Assembly (NCBI GenBank): GCA_039190745.1
Contig: JBCCXZ010000017.1
Location: 1 to 58,238, forward strand
Length of the DNA: 58,238 bases
Origin: Planctomycetota bacterium
GTDB taxonomy: Bacteria > Planctomycetota > Planctomycetia > Pirellulales > Lacipirellulaceae
Direction: 5' to 3'
The translations under genes were made by a program, and so were the position numbers. Shown here one piece after another: positions 9,544 through 19,530 of this stretch. The first letter of the stretch is position 1. Each line of letters starts with the position of its first letter. Below the pieces are notes generated by a model. The model searched no databases and was not told the DNA's origin. It was given only the letters and a program-made list of their open reading frames with translations.

Positions 9544-10998
9544 TCAGACCTTGGGCGGCTTTGGCAGTTTTTCTTCCTTGCCTTTTGACTGCAGAGCCGG
9601 TGGGAAACCGTTCATACGCCGCCAGACTTCGTAGCCCAAGGCCACCTGATCCAGCAGCACCCAGCCGTTCGAGCGGACGCCTTGGCGTAGGTACTCTTGT
9701 CCGGGCCAGGGGTGGTCACTTTCATCGGGCACGACCAGGATGCGGAATTTACCCATGCCGTCGTCGGTCGCGTCGACCAACGACACCGTCCCGCCAAAGG
9801 TGCCCACCGCCACAGAGGGCCACCCCGCGAACTGCACGGCGGGCCAGCCCTCGAACTGCAGGCGCACCGGATCGCCTTCATGGATCAGCGGGGCGTCCCG
9901 GCCGGATACCCAAATTTGAACGGCCGGGTGTTCCGGGATCGGCACAATGCGGCAGAGTGGGTCGCCCGGCTTGATGGGCATGCCGTCGAACACCGTCAGG
10001 TTCATCACATACCCGTCGCACGGCGACTTCACTTCCTGGGTCTGCTGCCTGGCGAGATCGTTCTCCGCCTTTCGCTTCTTCGTGTCCTTCTCTTGGATTT
10101 CAGCCTTGATCTTTTCGATCTCTCCGTCGGCCTTTGCCACATCGGCTTCTGTCTTCTGCAGCTCCGAGGCAACCTTCTTAATCTTGGCGCCGATTTCCTG
10201 GCGCTTCGCGTCTCGTTGCCGCTCCTTCACGAGAATTCCGTTCTGCGCGATCGCTATGTCGCGCTTGGCGATCTCAACCTTCGCCTGAGCCGCCTTGTAC
10301 TTCTGTTCGACTTCTTGGTACTTCACCTCCGATTCGATTCCCTCCTCGTACAGCTCCTTCTTACGTTCGAAGTCGAATCGTGCTCGGTACTCTTCAGCTT
10401 GGGCCTCCAGTAGCTTGCCTTTTTCGGCCTCGAGCTTGTCGCGCGACTGATCAACCTCACGTTCGTACGACCGCATCGTCTGTTCGAGCACCAACTCTTC
10501 AGCGCTGAGCTGCTCTTTGACAATCGTCACGATCTGCTTGCTGATGGCGAGCGTCTCTTTCGCCCGTTCAAGCCGCTGCTCCGCCGCACGCTTTTCAGCT
10601 TTCGCGTTCTCAACGGTCGCCGTCAGCACGCCCAGGTAATTGGGGTCGAGGTCCACGACACGAAACAACAGGGCGCCCTGCTTCACAAATGCGTTCTCGT
10701 CGACGCCTTCGCCCCGTTCGCCGATCAGTCCCTTAATCTGCGAGTAAACCATCTGCGGCCGCTCGTACGGCTCGAACGCGATCACCTCGCCCTCGCCGCG
10801 GATCGACTGTTGCCACGGCGCCAACAGCATCGCGAAGAACAAAAGCACCAGCACAGCGAGCATCGCCTTGCCCAGCCGACGCACGAAACGCGCCGACCGC
10901 GCAAGCCGCAACGCGGGGAAGTCTTCCTCTCGGTAAGCGGCATTGATCAACGCCGCGCCTTCCGTCCGGCTTTCTCGGACTGGCATCTCGCGTTTCAT
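9544..10998 (-). CDS. HlyD-family membrane fusion protein
   Basis: N-terminal TM, APWQQSIRGEG, long coiled coil, SPCDG lipoyl-like motif, RLQFEGWPAVQFAGWP, YEVWRRMNGFPP. Confidence 0.9.
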   Translation of the reverse strand: MKREMPVRESRTEGAALINAAYREEDFPALRLARSARFVRRLGKAMLAVLVLLFFAMLLAPWQQSIRGEGEVIAFEPYERPQMVYSQIKGLIGERGEGVDENAFVKQGALLFRVVDLDPNYLGVLTATVENAKAEKRAAEQRLERAKETLAISKQIVTIVKEQLSAEELVLEQTMRSYEREVDQSRDKLEAEKGKLLEAQAEEYRARFDFERKKELYEEGIESEVKYQEVEQKYKAAQAKVEIAKRDIAIAQNGILVKERQRDAKRQEIGAKIKKVASELQKTEADVAKADGEIEKIKAEIQEKDTKKRKAENDLARQQTQEVKSPCDGYVMNLTVFDGMPIKPGDPLCRIVPIPEHPAVQIWVSGRDAPLIHEGDPVRLQFEGWPAVQFAGWPSVAVGTFGGTVSLVDATDDGMGKFRILVVPDESDHPWPGQEYLRQGVRSNGWVLLDQVALGYEVWRRMNGFPPALQSKGKEEKLPKPPKV

Positions 10999-11001
10999 GG
11001 C

Positions 11002-13146
11002 TTATTCGCCCTGTTTCAGAGGATCTTCGTTTCCGTCTTCGGAACGTGCGAGTGGACCGAGCACGAGCGTCTCGCCGCACCAAGCGACTACCTCATCACG
11101 GCCGGTAGTAAGAATGACTGTGGTCCCGTCAAAAGATTCTAGCGAGTCGAGCACAAGATTCCTGTGCGGTCCGTCCAATCGGTCCAACAACCCATCGATC
11201 AGGAGTACCGGCGAGCGGCTGGCGATAGCCCGGGCCAAGAGCAGCTGGTGCTTCTGGTGGTCGGTCAACGGGCTCCCGCCAGCGACCAAGTCGGTCTCCA
11301 AGCTCTTCGGCAGCCGCAGCACCGGCTGCAACAAACCCACCGCATCCAAGGCGTCGCGCACGTCTTGCGACGTGACGTTCGGACGGTGCAGGTGGATGTT
11401 CTCAGCAAGCGTGCCCTCGAACAGATCCTGGTTCCGGGCCAGCACCACGTGCCGGCGAAGCACGTCGGGACGCACGTCGCCCGGGTCGACCCCCAGCACT
11501 TCGGCGCGGCCCTTCGACGGTGTTCGCAGCCCATAGATGGTTTCGAGCAGAGTGGTCTTGCCCGAGCCCGGCGGGCCCACAACCGCTAGCCGGGAGCCCT
11601 GGGGGAGCTCAAGATCCAAAGCAGCCTCGAACACATCAGAACTGCCACGCTTGCAGTTGACGCCGTTGAGTCGCACGGCCGCCTCGTCCTCAGAGTACAT
11701 CTCCAGGAGGCCGTCGTGCCTCTCAAGTGGCAGGTCGAACAGCTTGCCCAGCTTGTCGATCCCAGCTATCAGATCGTAGTAGCCTTCCAGGTGCTTGCCG
11801 AGCTTGGCGAGCGAGCCGAGGATCGCGGCCACGATCAGCTCGGCAGCTACCAACTGCCCCAACGTCAACTGACCGTCGATCACGAGCCAACCGCCCACGC
11901 CCAGCAGCACCGTCCCTGCAACAGCCTGCAAACCCAGCACGAACAGTATCTGTCGGAACAGGATTCGGAAGTGCTGCTGACGGCTTGTGAGGTATTGGCT
12001 GGTGATGAAGTTCGCCCGGTCGCTGGCAAATTCGGAACCGCCCTCGAGCTTGAAAGACTGCGAACAGCGGGCCACATCTTCGAGCCAACCGGCTAGCTTG
12101 TACTTTTGCTTTGATTCCTCGATGCCCGTCCTGATCGCTCCTCGGCCCAGGACCAGGATGCCTCCAACAACTGTGAGCAGCAGCAGCACGTCGAAGCCGA
12201 GCAGCCAGGGGTGGTAGAAGCCCAGCACCGCCATGCCGATCAGCGTGCTCAGCAAAATCATGACGCCGTCCAGGAGCAGGTTGGCGGTCACCTTCTGCAA
12301 CGTGGTCACGTCGAAAAAGCGATTGACCAGCTCCGGGGCGTAATACTTGTCCCAGGATTCCTGCTTCACGCGCGGCAGCCGGTACGCCAGGTCTGCCGCG
12401 ACCCGCGCGAACAGACGCCTCTGGATAATCTCCACCGCGAAGGTCTGCACCGCGATCACGGCGCCCGCAAACATCAGGAACGCCATCAGCAAGACCGACA
12501 GCACCAACACCGGCTGGAGCAACTGGCCGAAGGCGACCGTGTTGACTAACGCCTCGACCGCAATCGGAGTCGCCAGATTGAGCACGCCCACGAAAAAGGC
12601 GAACACGACCACGATCCAGATGTCGCCCAGCTCTGGGCGCATTATCTGGAACAGCCGTCTCTGCGGCTTCGTCGAGCCGCCGGGCTGCACCGCCATTCCG
12701 TGAGTTTCCGCCGACTGGGCAATCAGCCACCGCGTCGTGCCGCCATCGCTAACCCCGACCCGCTCGGCAAGCCGCTGAGCCGGGACGTCTTCGTAGCCAT
12801 CTAACTCGCCCACCGCCACGCGGGCCGTTGCGCCTTCCGACCCGACCAGCAGTATCAACTCGCCGCTCTCCGCACAGCGGGCGGTCAATAAACCCCCATC
12901 GCGGCTGAGCGACATTGCTTGTTCGAGCGTCAGGTCTGCCACCCGGGAGCGGATGCCCAGGCTCGTGCCGGCTTCGGAGAGCCAGCGCCACCAGCCGCCC
13001 TCCGGGGCGTCGCTCCAAGTGGCTGCGGCTTCCCGTACAAGCGCCTTGGCACGCAGGTGCTCGGCCTCAATGTTCATCTGCCGCGCCAGGCGTACCAGCA
13101 CCGTGACGCAGCGTTCTTCGCCGGCTCCGGCCGAAATCGTGGACAC
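11002..13146 (-). CDS. Type I secretion-like ABC exporter (N-terminal extension, TMD, degenerate NBD)
   Basis: LATPIAVEALVN, ELVNRFFD, GQLTLGQLVAAE; Walker A GPPGSGKT intact; signature reads LTDHQ and Walker B reads LLIDG. Confidence 0.85.
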   Translation of the reverse strand: MSTISAGAGEERCVTVLVRLARQMNIEAEHLRAKALVREAAATWSDAPEGGWWRWLSEAGTSLGIRSRVADLTLEQAMSLSRDGGLLTARCAESGELILLVGSEGATARVAVGELDGYEDVPAQRLAERVGVSDGGTTRWLIAQSAETHGMAVQPGGSTKPQRRLFQIMRPELGDIWIVVVFAFFVGVLNLATPIAVEALVNTVAFGQLLQPVLVLSVLLMAFLMFAGAVIAVQTFAVEIIQRRLFARVAADLAYRLPRVKQESWDKYYAPELVNRFFDVTTLQKVTANLLLDGVMILLSTLIGMAVLGFYHPWLLGFDVLLLLTVVGGILVLGRGAIRTGIEESKQKYKLAGWLEDVARCSQSFKLEGGSEFASDRANFITSQYLTSRQQHFRILFRQILFVLGLQAVAGTVLLGVGGWLVIDGQLTLGQLVAAELIVAAILGSLAKLGKHLEGYYDLIAGIDKLGKLFDLPLERHDGLLEMYSEDEAAVRLNGVNCKRGSSDVFEAALDLELPQGSRLAVVGPPGSGKTTLLETIYGLRTPSKGRAEVLGVDPGDVRPDVLRRHVVLARNQDLFEGTLAENIHLHRPNVTSQDVRDALDAVGLLQPVLRLPKSLETDLVAGGSPLTDHQKHQLLLARAIASRSPVLLIDGLLDRLDGPHRNLVLDSLESFDGTTVILTTGRDEVVAWCGETLVLGPLARSEDGNEDPLKQGE

Positions 13147-13249
13147 TTCGTTCTACTCTCAGGCAGGTGGGGCTTCGGCGGGGCGGGGGAGGGCTAGAGT
13201 GGCGGGCCCGGGTTTGACCCAGTGGGGGCGAGGCCGGCGGGTTCGCCTT

Positions 13250-13329
13250 AATCTACACCTTGTATATACGTCCAATAAATGTCCCGGGCCCAGCGAATGG
13301 AAGCGCACAACCCTTAGATTTCCTCTAAG
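13250..13329. promoter_or_regulatory. Putative LysR (NhaR) binding sites upstream of the ABC-HlyD-TolC genes
   Basis: CTTAGA-TTTCC-TCTAAG dyad (13313-13329) contains T-N11-A. A second T-N11-A site, TCTACACCTTGTA, lies at 13252-13264 in an AT-rich patch. Confidence 0.5.
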
Positions 13330-13369
13330 TGTGCCCCCAAGGCCTCCCCATGGTCAACGAAGACGACGC

Positions 13370-14284
13370 TCAGGATTCGTCGAACAACCGCGAGCGGGCT
13401 TCGTTGGTGATCTCCACAACGGCGGGGTGTTTCAGCCGTCGCTCGACCGACACCGCGTAGAACTGCTCACGCACGTCTTCCAGCCGGCCGACGACACGCA
13501 CCCCGTACTGCCGCTTGATCTCGGTCTCGATCGCGGTCGGGGCTGGGAACACGCCCATGCCTGCCTGTCCAAACACCTTCAGCAGCGCACTGTCGTCGAA
13601 CTCGCCCGTGATCCGCGGGTGGATCCCGCGCGTGTCGAGCCACTGATCCAGGCTTCGCCGCAGTGCGTTCGCACGCGTCGGCATCAGCACGGGGGCGTCG
13701 TCGAGCGACTTGGGGAACTTCCGCTTGTACTTGCTGGTGAGCTCGGGCGTCCCGAAGAACGTGACCCCGCACTCGCCGAGCCGGTGGTTGTAGGCCTTCA
13801 CGTGCATCTGCGGCGTCACCGGCGCGTCGGACAGCACCAGATCTAGCCGCTGCAGAGATAACTCAGCCAGCAGTTCGCTCAGCTTACCCTCCAGGCAAAC
13901 CAGCCGGATTTCCTCGGACATTGCAAACGCGGGCTCGATCAAGCGGTAGGCGATCATCTTCGGCAGCACATCGGGCACGCCTACGACTAGCCGCTGTGGC
14001 TTTCCGACCGGCCGGCCCTTCACTACGTCGACCAGCTCACGGCCTAGGGTGAAGATCTCATCGGCGTACTCGTAGACCCGGCGGCCGTCTTCGGTTAACT
14101 CCAGCCCGCGCCCGGAACGCTGGAACAGCTTCTCGCCGAGCGACTGCTCCAGCTTCCGGATCTGGCTGCTGATCGTCGGCTGCGAGAGGTGCAACTGCTC
14201 CGCCGCCGAGGCGATGCTGCCTTCCCTCGCCACGGTCCAGAAATACAGAAGATGGTGGTAATTCAGCCAGTCCACGCGATTCAT
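13370..14284 (-). CDS. nhaR: LysR-family transcriptional activator NhaR
   Basis: LNYHHLLYFWTVAREGSI, LSQPTISSQI, VGVPDVLPK, GEFDDSALLKVFGQAG, ERRLKHPAV. Start at ATG 14284. Confidence 0.9.
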   Translation of the reverse strand: MNRVDWLNYHHLLYFWTVAREGSIASAAEQLHLSQPTISSQIRKLEQSLGEKLFQRSGRGLELTEDGRRVYEYADEIFTLGRELVDVVKGRPVGKPQRLVVGVPDVLPKMIAYRLIEPAFAMSEEIRLVCLEGKLSELLAELSLQRLDLVLSDAPVTPQMHVKAYNHRLGECGVTFFGTPELTSKYKRKFPKSLDDAPVLMPTRANALRRSLDQWLDTRGIHPRITGEFDDSALLKVFGQAGMGVFPAPTAIETEIKRQYGVRVVGRLEDVREQFYAVSVERRLKHPAVVEITNEARSRLFDES

Positions 14285-14415
14285 TCCAGTTCCAAAAAAA
14301 CTAAGGTTGCGATTCCCGAGCACGTTAAATCTAAGGATAGACAAAGCCTGCCCTAAAAGCCAGAGTGCGCCAGGCGATTGCGTGCCGCAGGAGACGAGGA
14401 GAGACAACCCTCGGC

Positions 14416-15600
14416 CTAGTCGATCCGCCGCATCCGGCGGACAAACTCTTCCTCGAGTTCCGCCAAGTCGCCGAAGTGCTTCTCGAAATCGGCCACGCGT
14501 TGGGCCGGGCTGTCGTACCGCAGCAGCGGTTTCGCCCTGAGAGTGTCCAGGTAATCGACGTAGTCTTTGCCCCGCCACTTGATCAGGAAGTAGTTCCAAG
14601 CCCACGCCTCTGCGTACGCGTCGACCGCGGTCCGCCCGTTCCGGAACCGGTCGTCACTCGCGATGAGATCTTTCAGCGTGCCGTTCTTGCCCGCCCGATC
14701 GTTCTGGACAAAGAGGTCCCAGCGGGCGTAGTTCACCAGCCCGATGCCCCGCCAGCTCCGGTTGCTCCGCAGGTCGGGCGTCTCGAAGTACATCGCCATC
14801 CCCTCGCTCAACCACACGGGGTTGTCGACGTACCGCTTCTGCAGGCCGCAGTTGTAGGCGATCTGGTGTGTTGCCTCGTGCACAACCGTCGCCACCAACG
14901 GCTCGGCCGCTGGCTGCCGCAAGAGGGCGGTGATGTCTTGCAGCTTCCCCCGCCGGTTCGTCTGGCGACGCAGCGATTGCGAGCCGGTCAGGTCGTACAT
15001 CACGATCCGGTTCGTCTGCAGGCTGTAGTACCCAATCGCGTTGCCGACCGACCCGCCGAGGTCTTGCTTCGCGTAACGCTCGTACGACCGGCGGTCCCCG
15101 AAGACGAGCACGGCCAGCGGCTCCTCGGGTTGCTCGATGTCGCACCCCTTCTTCTTCCAGAACGAGATAAACGCCTTCTGCAGCCGCTCGAGCAACGAGC
15201 TGCACCACTTAGCGTAGGCTTGTGTCGTGTTGAAGCAAACGATGTAGTTCTTCGAGTCGTGGAGCTGGAAGTTCTCGCCGAGCTCTTCCCGCAACCGGGC
15301 GCCCAACTGGTCGCCGTCCAGCCGCACCAGCGGGGCCGAGTCGCTCGTCCGCTCCTCGATCGAGTCGGCGGAGATCGGCCACAGCCCGCCCTCGTCGGTC
15401 GCGAGCAACAAACTGCCGACCGAGTCCTCTTCCAGCACTTCCCCAGAGAGCCGCTGCAGCCCGCCGTTGCGGTTCACCAAGACGTGCTCGACGGCCGCAC
15501 AATCGCCCCCAGGGTGGCACGCGCCCGCAAGGCCCAACCAGCAGGCGAGCCACAGCCGGGCCGCCGGGTATGAGTCCCTCAAGGGAGCCAAAAACCGCAT
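14416..15600 (-). CDS. DUF1570 domain protein (putative zinc peptidase)
   Basis: GYYSLQTNRI, HEATHQIAYNCGL, PVWLSEGMAMYFE, YAEAWA. Start uncertain. Confidence 0.8.
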   Translation of the reverse strand: MRFLAPLRDSYPAARLWLACWLGLAGACHPGGDCAAVEHVLVNRNGGLQRLSGEVLEEDSVGSLLLATDEGGLWPISADSIEERTSDSAPLVRLDGDQLGARLREELGENFQLHDSKNYIVCFNTTQAYAKWCSSLLERLQKAFISFWKKKGCDIEQPEEPLAVLVFGDRRSYERYAKQDLGGSVGNAIGYYSLQTNRIVMYDLTGSQSLRRQTNRRGKLQDITALLRQPAAEPLVATVVHEATHQIAYNCGLQKRYVDNPVWLSEGMAMYFETPDLRSNRSWRGIGLVNYARWDLFVQNDRAGKNGTLKDLIASDDRFRNGRTAVDAYAEAWAWNYFLIKWRGKDYVDYLDTLRAKPLLRYDSPAQRVADFEKHFGDLAELEEEFVRRMRRID

Positions 15601-15760
15601 GAGAAATTCCGGGGCGGGCGTAGAGGCATCGGTCCAACTCGACTTAATTTATCCTACCTTAAGATAGGGGCTGTCCCCAGCCGCCCGGAGGGCCGTTGGA
15701 GACGGCCCAATACGGGTAAACTGGCCGCACCAAGGAAGCTCCGAACCGCTTACGGCCCGC

Positions 15761-16570
15761 ATGTCTATTCTGCCGTTGATACTGTTCCTGCTCGCCCTCG
15801 CCCTTTCGCTGGTCATTATCCAGGTCGGGACCATGGCGCTGATGCTTACAGGCCTGTCGCGTGAGATCGCTCGGTTCCAGTCCCACTCTGCGTTCACGGG
15901 GGTCGGCTTCACGACCGAAGAGGCCGAGGCGGTGGTCAATCACCCCGTCCGCCGGCACATTTGCATGGCGTTGATGATCCTGGGCAAGCTCGGCGTCGCC
16001 TCGCTGATGGCGACCTTGCTCGTCACGGTCATGCGAACCGAGGCCAGCTCCGGCGACAACTGGATGCTCCCGCTCCTGCTGCTCATCGGCGGCCTCGGCA
16101 CGCTCTGGGTGTTGGCCGTCAGCCCATGGGTCGAGCGGCAACTCAACAAGCCGATCGCCTTCGCACTCAAGCGGTTCAGCACGCTCAACGTTACCGACTA
16201 CGTTGCCCTGCTTCAGCTTGAGGGCGATTTCACCGTCTCCGAACTCTCGGTGCGCCCCGCCGATTGGATCTCCGACAAAACCCTTGTCGAGCTGGCGCTC
16301 GCGAGAGAGGGGCTGCTGGTGCTCGGCATCCGTCGCGAATCGGGTGCCTACATCGGGGCCCCTTCGGGCGAGACGCGCATCGAGGCCGGCGACACCGTCG
16401 TTCTGTACGGGCCCGCCGGGCGCATCGAAGAACTCGACAAACGCCGCACGGGCCGCCAGGGCGACATCGCCCACGATGAAGCCAAGAAGGCCTACGACAG
16501 CTATCTTGTAGAGGTCGTCCCCCCGTCCCCTCAGCTCGATCAACAGCCCACGGATGTCGACCATACTTGA
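15761..16570 (+). CDS. Membrane protein with TrkA-C (RCK-C) domain
   Basis: LTGLSREIARFQSHSAFTGVGFTT (K-channel pore-like), HPVRR, C-terminal GLLVLGIRR...P...IEAGD. Confidence 0.85.
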   Translation: MSILPLILFLLALALSLVIIQVGTMALMLTGLSREIARFQSHSAFTGVGFTTEEAEAVVNHPVRRHICMALMILGKLGVASLMATLLVTVMRTEASSGDNWMLPLLLLIGGLGTLWVLAVSPWVERQLNKPIAFALKRFSTLNVTDYVALLQLEGDFTVSELSVRPADWISDKTLVELALAREGLLVLGIRRESGAYIGAPSGETRIEAGDTVVLYGPAGRIEELDKRRTGRQGDIAHDEAKKAYDSYLVEVVPPSPQLDQQPTDVDHT

Positions 16571-17360
16571 CGAAATCGTCGCGAACAAGCGGCGTGAGAT
16601 CGAACAGGCAAGGTCTCTGCGACCCGAGAGCAAGCTGCGGGCGATGTTGCCCGACGCCCCGCCGGTGCGCGACTTCTTCGCCGCGCTGGCAGAGGCCGAA
16701 CGCATAGGGCTGATCGCCGAAGTGAAGAAGGCGAGCCCCTCGGCCGGGGTGATCCGCCCCGAATTCGACCCCGTCGCGATTGCACAGGTCTACCAAGATC
16801 ACGGAGCCGACTGCATCAGCGTGCTGACCGACGAGCAGTACTTCCAGGGCTCGTTAGACTACCTGACCGCCGTCCGCCAGAGTGTCGCGATCCCGGTTTT
16901 ACGGAAGGACTTTATCCTCGACCGCTACCAACTCGTCGAAGCGCGAGCCGCCGGCGCCGACGCCGTGCTGCTCATCGCCGAGTGCTTGGACGACTGCGGG
17001 CTGCGGGGCCTCCACAACGATGCCCTTGAGCTGGGGCTCACCCCGCTCGTCGAACTCTACGAGCCCGCCAACCTGCCGCGTGTGCTCGAAGCGGGCGCCA
17101 CGCTCGTCGGCGTCAACAACCGCGACCTACGCACCTTTCAGGTCGACCTCGAGCACACCATACGCCTCCGCCAGCAAATACCCGACGATTGCTTGGTCGT
17201 GGGCGAGAGCGGCATCCGCAGCCACGACGACGTCAACCGCCTCGAAGCCGCGGGCGTCGACGCCATACTCGTCGGAGAGTCGCTCATGCGAGAGCCGGAC
17301 ATCGGCGGCGCCGTCGACCGTTTGCTAGGCCGCCGGGAACGCCAAGCCCCTTCCGAGTAG
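16554..17360 (+). CDS. trpC: Indole-3-glycerol phosphate synthase
   Basis: IAEVKKASPSAG, SVLTD..YFQGS, LRKDF, GADAVLLI, GVNNRDL, ESGI. Confidence 0.97.
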   Translation: MSTILDEIVANKRREIEQARSLRPESKLRAMLPDAPPVRDFFAALAEAERIGLIAEVKKASPSAGVIRPEFDPVAIAQVYQDHGADCISVLTDEQYFQGSLDYLTAVRQSVAIPVLRKDFILDRYQLVEARAAGADAVLLIAECLDDCGLRGLHNDALELGLTPLVELYEPANLPRVLEAGATLVGVNNRDLRTFQVDLEHTIRLRQQIPDDCLVVGESGIRSHDDVNRLEAAGVDAILVGESLMREPDIGGAVDRLLGRRERQAPSE

Positions 17361-17380
17361 CGTTCCCGAACCGCGCAAAG

Positions 17381-17414
17381 AAAAAAGGGGCAGCGATTGC
17401 TCGCCGCCCCTTTT
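17381..17414. terminator. Bidirectional intrinsic terminator
   Basis: AAAAAAGGGGCAGCGA-TTGC-TCGCCGCCCCTTTT lies between convergent genes. Confidence 0.75.
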
Positions 17415-17471
17415 GGAGCTTCTTCTCTCGTTCCCGGCGGGCATAGTTGCCCGACGGACACAGAGCCCGGA

Positions 17472-18272
17472 CTAGGCCCGGAAGCGTGTCCCCGCGAAGC
17501 CGATCAGCGACAGCAGCGCCATCACGCCGGCGGTCGGTTCCGGAACGATGCCCGTGTCGACCGTGATAAAGGACTGCTTCTTCCGGACCGTTGCTACGGC
17601 CGAGGGGCCGCCGGTCGGGGAAGGGCCGGCCGCAGCCGACAGCGTATTGTCCATGTCGTAGGCGACCTTGGTTGCAAGGCCGTCGATGTTGGCGGACGCC
17701 AAGATTCCAGCAACGTCGATCACCAAGTTGCCCAGGAGCGACTGGCTGTTTGGGTCGCTGCCGAAGACGTACTCGCTCCCGTTCAATGGGGCCGGCGTGA
17801 ACGGGATCTCGAAGTTAGCCATCACGGGCCCGCCGGGAACCGGGGCCCCGTCGACTTCGAGGATCGAAATAAACACCGGGGCGAAGACGTCGACCTGAGC
17901 CACCGAACCGGCCAGACCGAACATCGTATAGTCGACCGCCTCGCTAACCATAATCGATTCGATGAAGTAGCCGTCTTTCGCCCAGATATTGGTCGAGAAT
18001 TGGCCGTCGGTAATGTCGACGCTGTCGTCTGCGGTCGCGCCGAAGTTGAGCGGACCAAGGTCCAGCGTGTCCCCGAACGCGACGGGCTCGCCGTACAGCG
18101 GCACGGGGTCGGTACCGGAAGACTCGGTCGGATCCTTAAAGACCACCGTGTCCGCATCGATGTCTGCGTAGGTAATCGGGTTCGCATAGCCGCTGGACGG
18201 CAAAACCGCCGCAACCGCCGCCGCGAGCAACAACAGGGGCACGGGCCCCCTGCACAGGTGTCGTTCAAGCAT
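17472..18272 (-). CDS. PEP-CTERM protein
   Basis: Signal peptide, acidic beta-rich body, C-terminal VPEP followed by a TM segment and RFR. Confidence 0.85.
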   Translation of the reverse strand: MLERHLCRGPVPLLLLAAAVAAVLPSSGYANPITYADIDADTVVFKDPTESSGTDPVPLYGEPVAFGDTLDLGPLNFGATADDSVDITDGQFSTNIWAKDGYFIESIMVSEAVDYTMFGLAGSVAQVDVFAPVFISILEVDGAPVPGGPVMANFEIPFTPAPLNGSEYVFGSDPNSQSLLGNLVIDVAGILASANIDGLATKVAYDMDNTLSAAAGPSPTGGPSAVATVRKKQSFITVDTGIVPEPTAGVMALLSLIGFAGTRFRA

Positions 18273-18409
18273 TCGTTCGGTCCCTTTCAAATGATCACTG
18301 ATGCGTAACTCTCGGACGGGAAGAAGGCCCCCGGAACCGCCAGTCGACGCTGCAAAAATGGGAATAAGCGTTTAATACCTAAGCCTGCGACCTCTGGACG
18401 TCGCGTGGG

Positions 18410-18616
18410 CTACCAACTCGTCCTCTTGTTCCTCCGCTGATGCATTCCGCCGTGCGAGTGGTCGGTTTCGCGGCGCGTCCCGCCCCGCTTCCGCCGTGCG
18501 GACTTTCCTTTCACACGCATCTTCTGACTCGCCCGTCGCTGCCGCCGCGGCCGCGGGGGTACGCCGCCGGACTCGTCCGTCAAGTCCGAGAACTCGTCCA
18601 TGGATCGTTCGCTCAT
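18410..18616 (-). CDS. Small protein, acidic N-terminus and Arg/Lys-rich C-terminus ending GGMHQRRNKRTSW
   Basis: AGGAAAG RBS before the ATG; C-terminal motif shared with 19531-19710. Confidence 0.7.
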   Translation of the reverse strand: MSERSMDEFSDLTDESGGVPPRPRRQRRASQKMRVKGKSARRKRGGTRRETDHSHGGMHQRRNKRTSW

Positions 18617-18803
18617 GGCACTTTCCTATTCATTCGGGTTGCGTAGTGACCCGACGCGCCCGCGGCCAGGAGCCGCTGCCGTTCACGCCCGGGGAGTGGT
18701 CCACGCCATTCCGCTGCCTGCTCGCTGTTCCGCTGTTCCGCTGTTTCCTGTTGAGTTGTTCGTGGGCCGACCTTGGGCCGGCCCAAGCTGCTCTGTTCTT
18801 GAA

Positions 18804-19310
18804 TCACCACCTCGCCGCGACCGCGTCTTGCGACAATGCCTGCCGAGCGAACGCCTCTCGGGCATCGCGGAACACGACCCGCACCCCGCTCTCGAGTTCC
18901 GGCTCCGGCAGGTACGCCCACACACCCGACTCACGCGCCCACTGCTCTTGCCGCGGGTCTCCCCGTTCCACACAAGCCACGACTAAACAACGCGGGAACT
19001 CGACGGCGCGGAGGGTTGCCTCGCGGAGCCATTGGGCCCCCTCGCCGCCGCTGGGCAGGTCGAACACCGCCAACGGCAGGTCCAACTGGAAGAGGCTCTT
19101 GAGCACCGCCGGCCCGTCCTCGCACAGCACGGTCTGCCAAGACTCGTCCGCAGCCGCCTCGCACAGCAACTCGCCGCGACGGACATCCCAAGACGCCACC
19201 AAGCAACGGAGCAAGGAAGGCGGCGCCGCCACATTCGGAGGCGCTAATTGAGGCGTGTCCTGCAACGCCCGCATTGCGTCGGATGTTTGTGTTTCAGCCG
19301 CTGAAGCCAC
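18804..19310 (-). CDS. Degenerate receiver (CheY-like) domain protein
   Basis: Beta/alpha pattern RCLVAS...WQTVLCED...LAVFDLP...LVVAC...WARESGVWAYLP. The Asp is retained; the conserved Lys-Pro is replaced. Confidence 0.55.
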   Translation of the reverse strand: MASAAETQTSDAMRALQDTPQLAPPNVAAPPSLLRCLVASWDVRRGELLCEAAADESWQTVLCEDGPAVLKSLFQLDLPLAVFDLPSGGEGAQWLREATLRAVEFPRCLVVACVERGDPRQEQWARESGVWAYLPEPELESGVRVVFRDAREAFARQALSQDAVAARW

Positions 19311-19530
19311 TCTGCACCTCTAGCCGGATTCGTCGAAAAAACGTCGCGATCTACGCATGCCACTCTCCCCTGGAGGATCTGCCCGTTGGACACGCCCGCA
19401 GCCGGCTGGCACGCCGCTCCGGCCGTCGGCACAAGGCCGCTCGTCCCGGGCACGCCAATCCTGCTGCGCAACACCGCTAAGCAAACAAAGCACTCCTGCT
19501 ACGCAACGCGCGTGCAGGCACAACGCCGAA

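Noticed and set aside
19499..19518. Second sigma54 promoter before the pseudo-receiver (CTGCACGCGCGTTGC)
   Set aside because: Lacks the invariant GG at -24.
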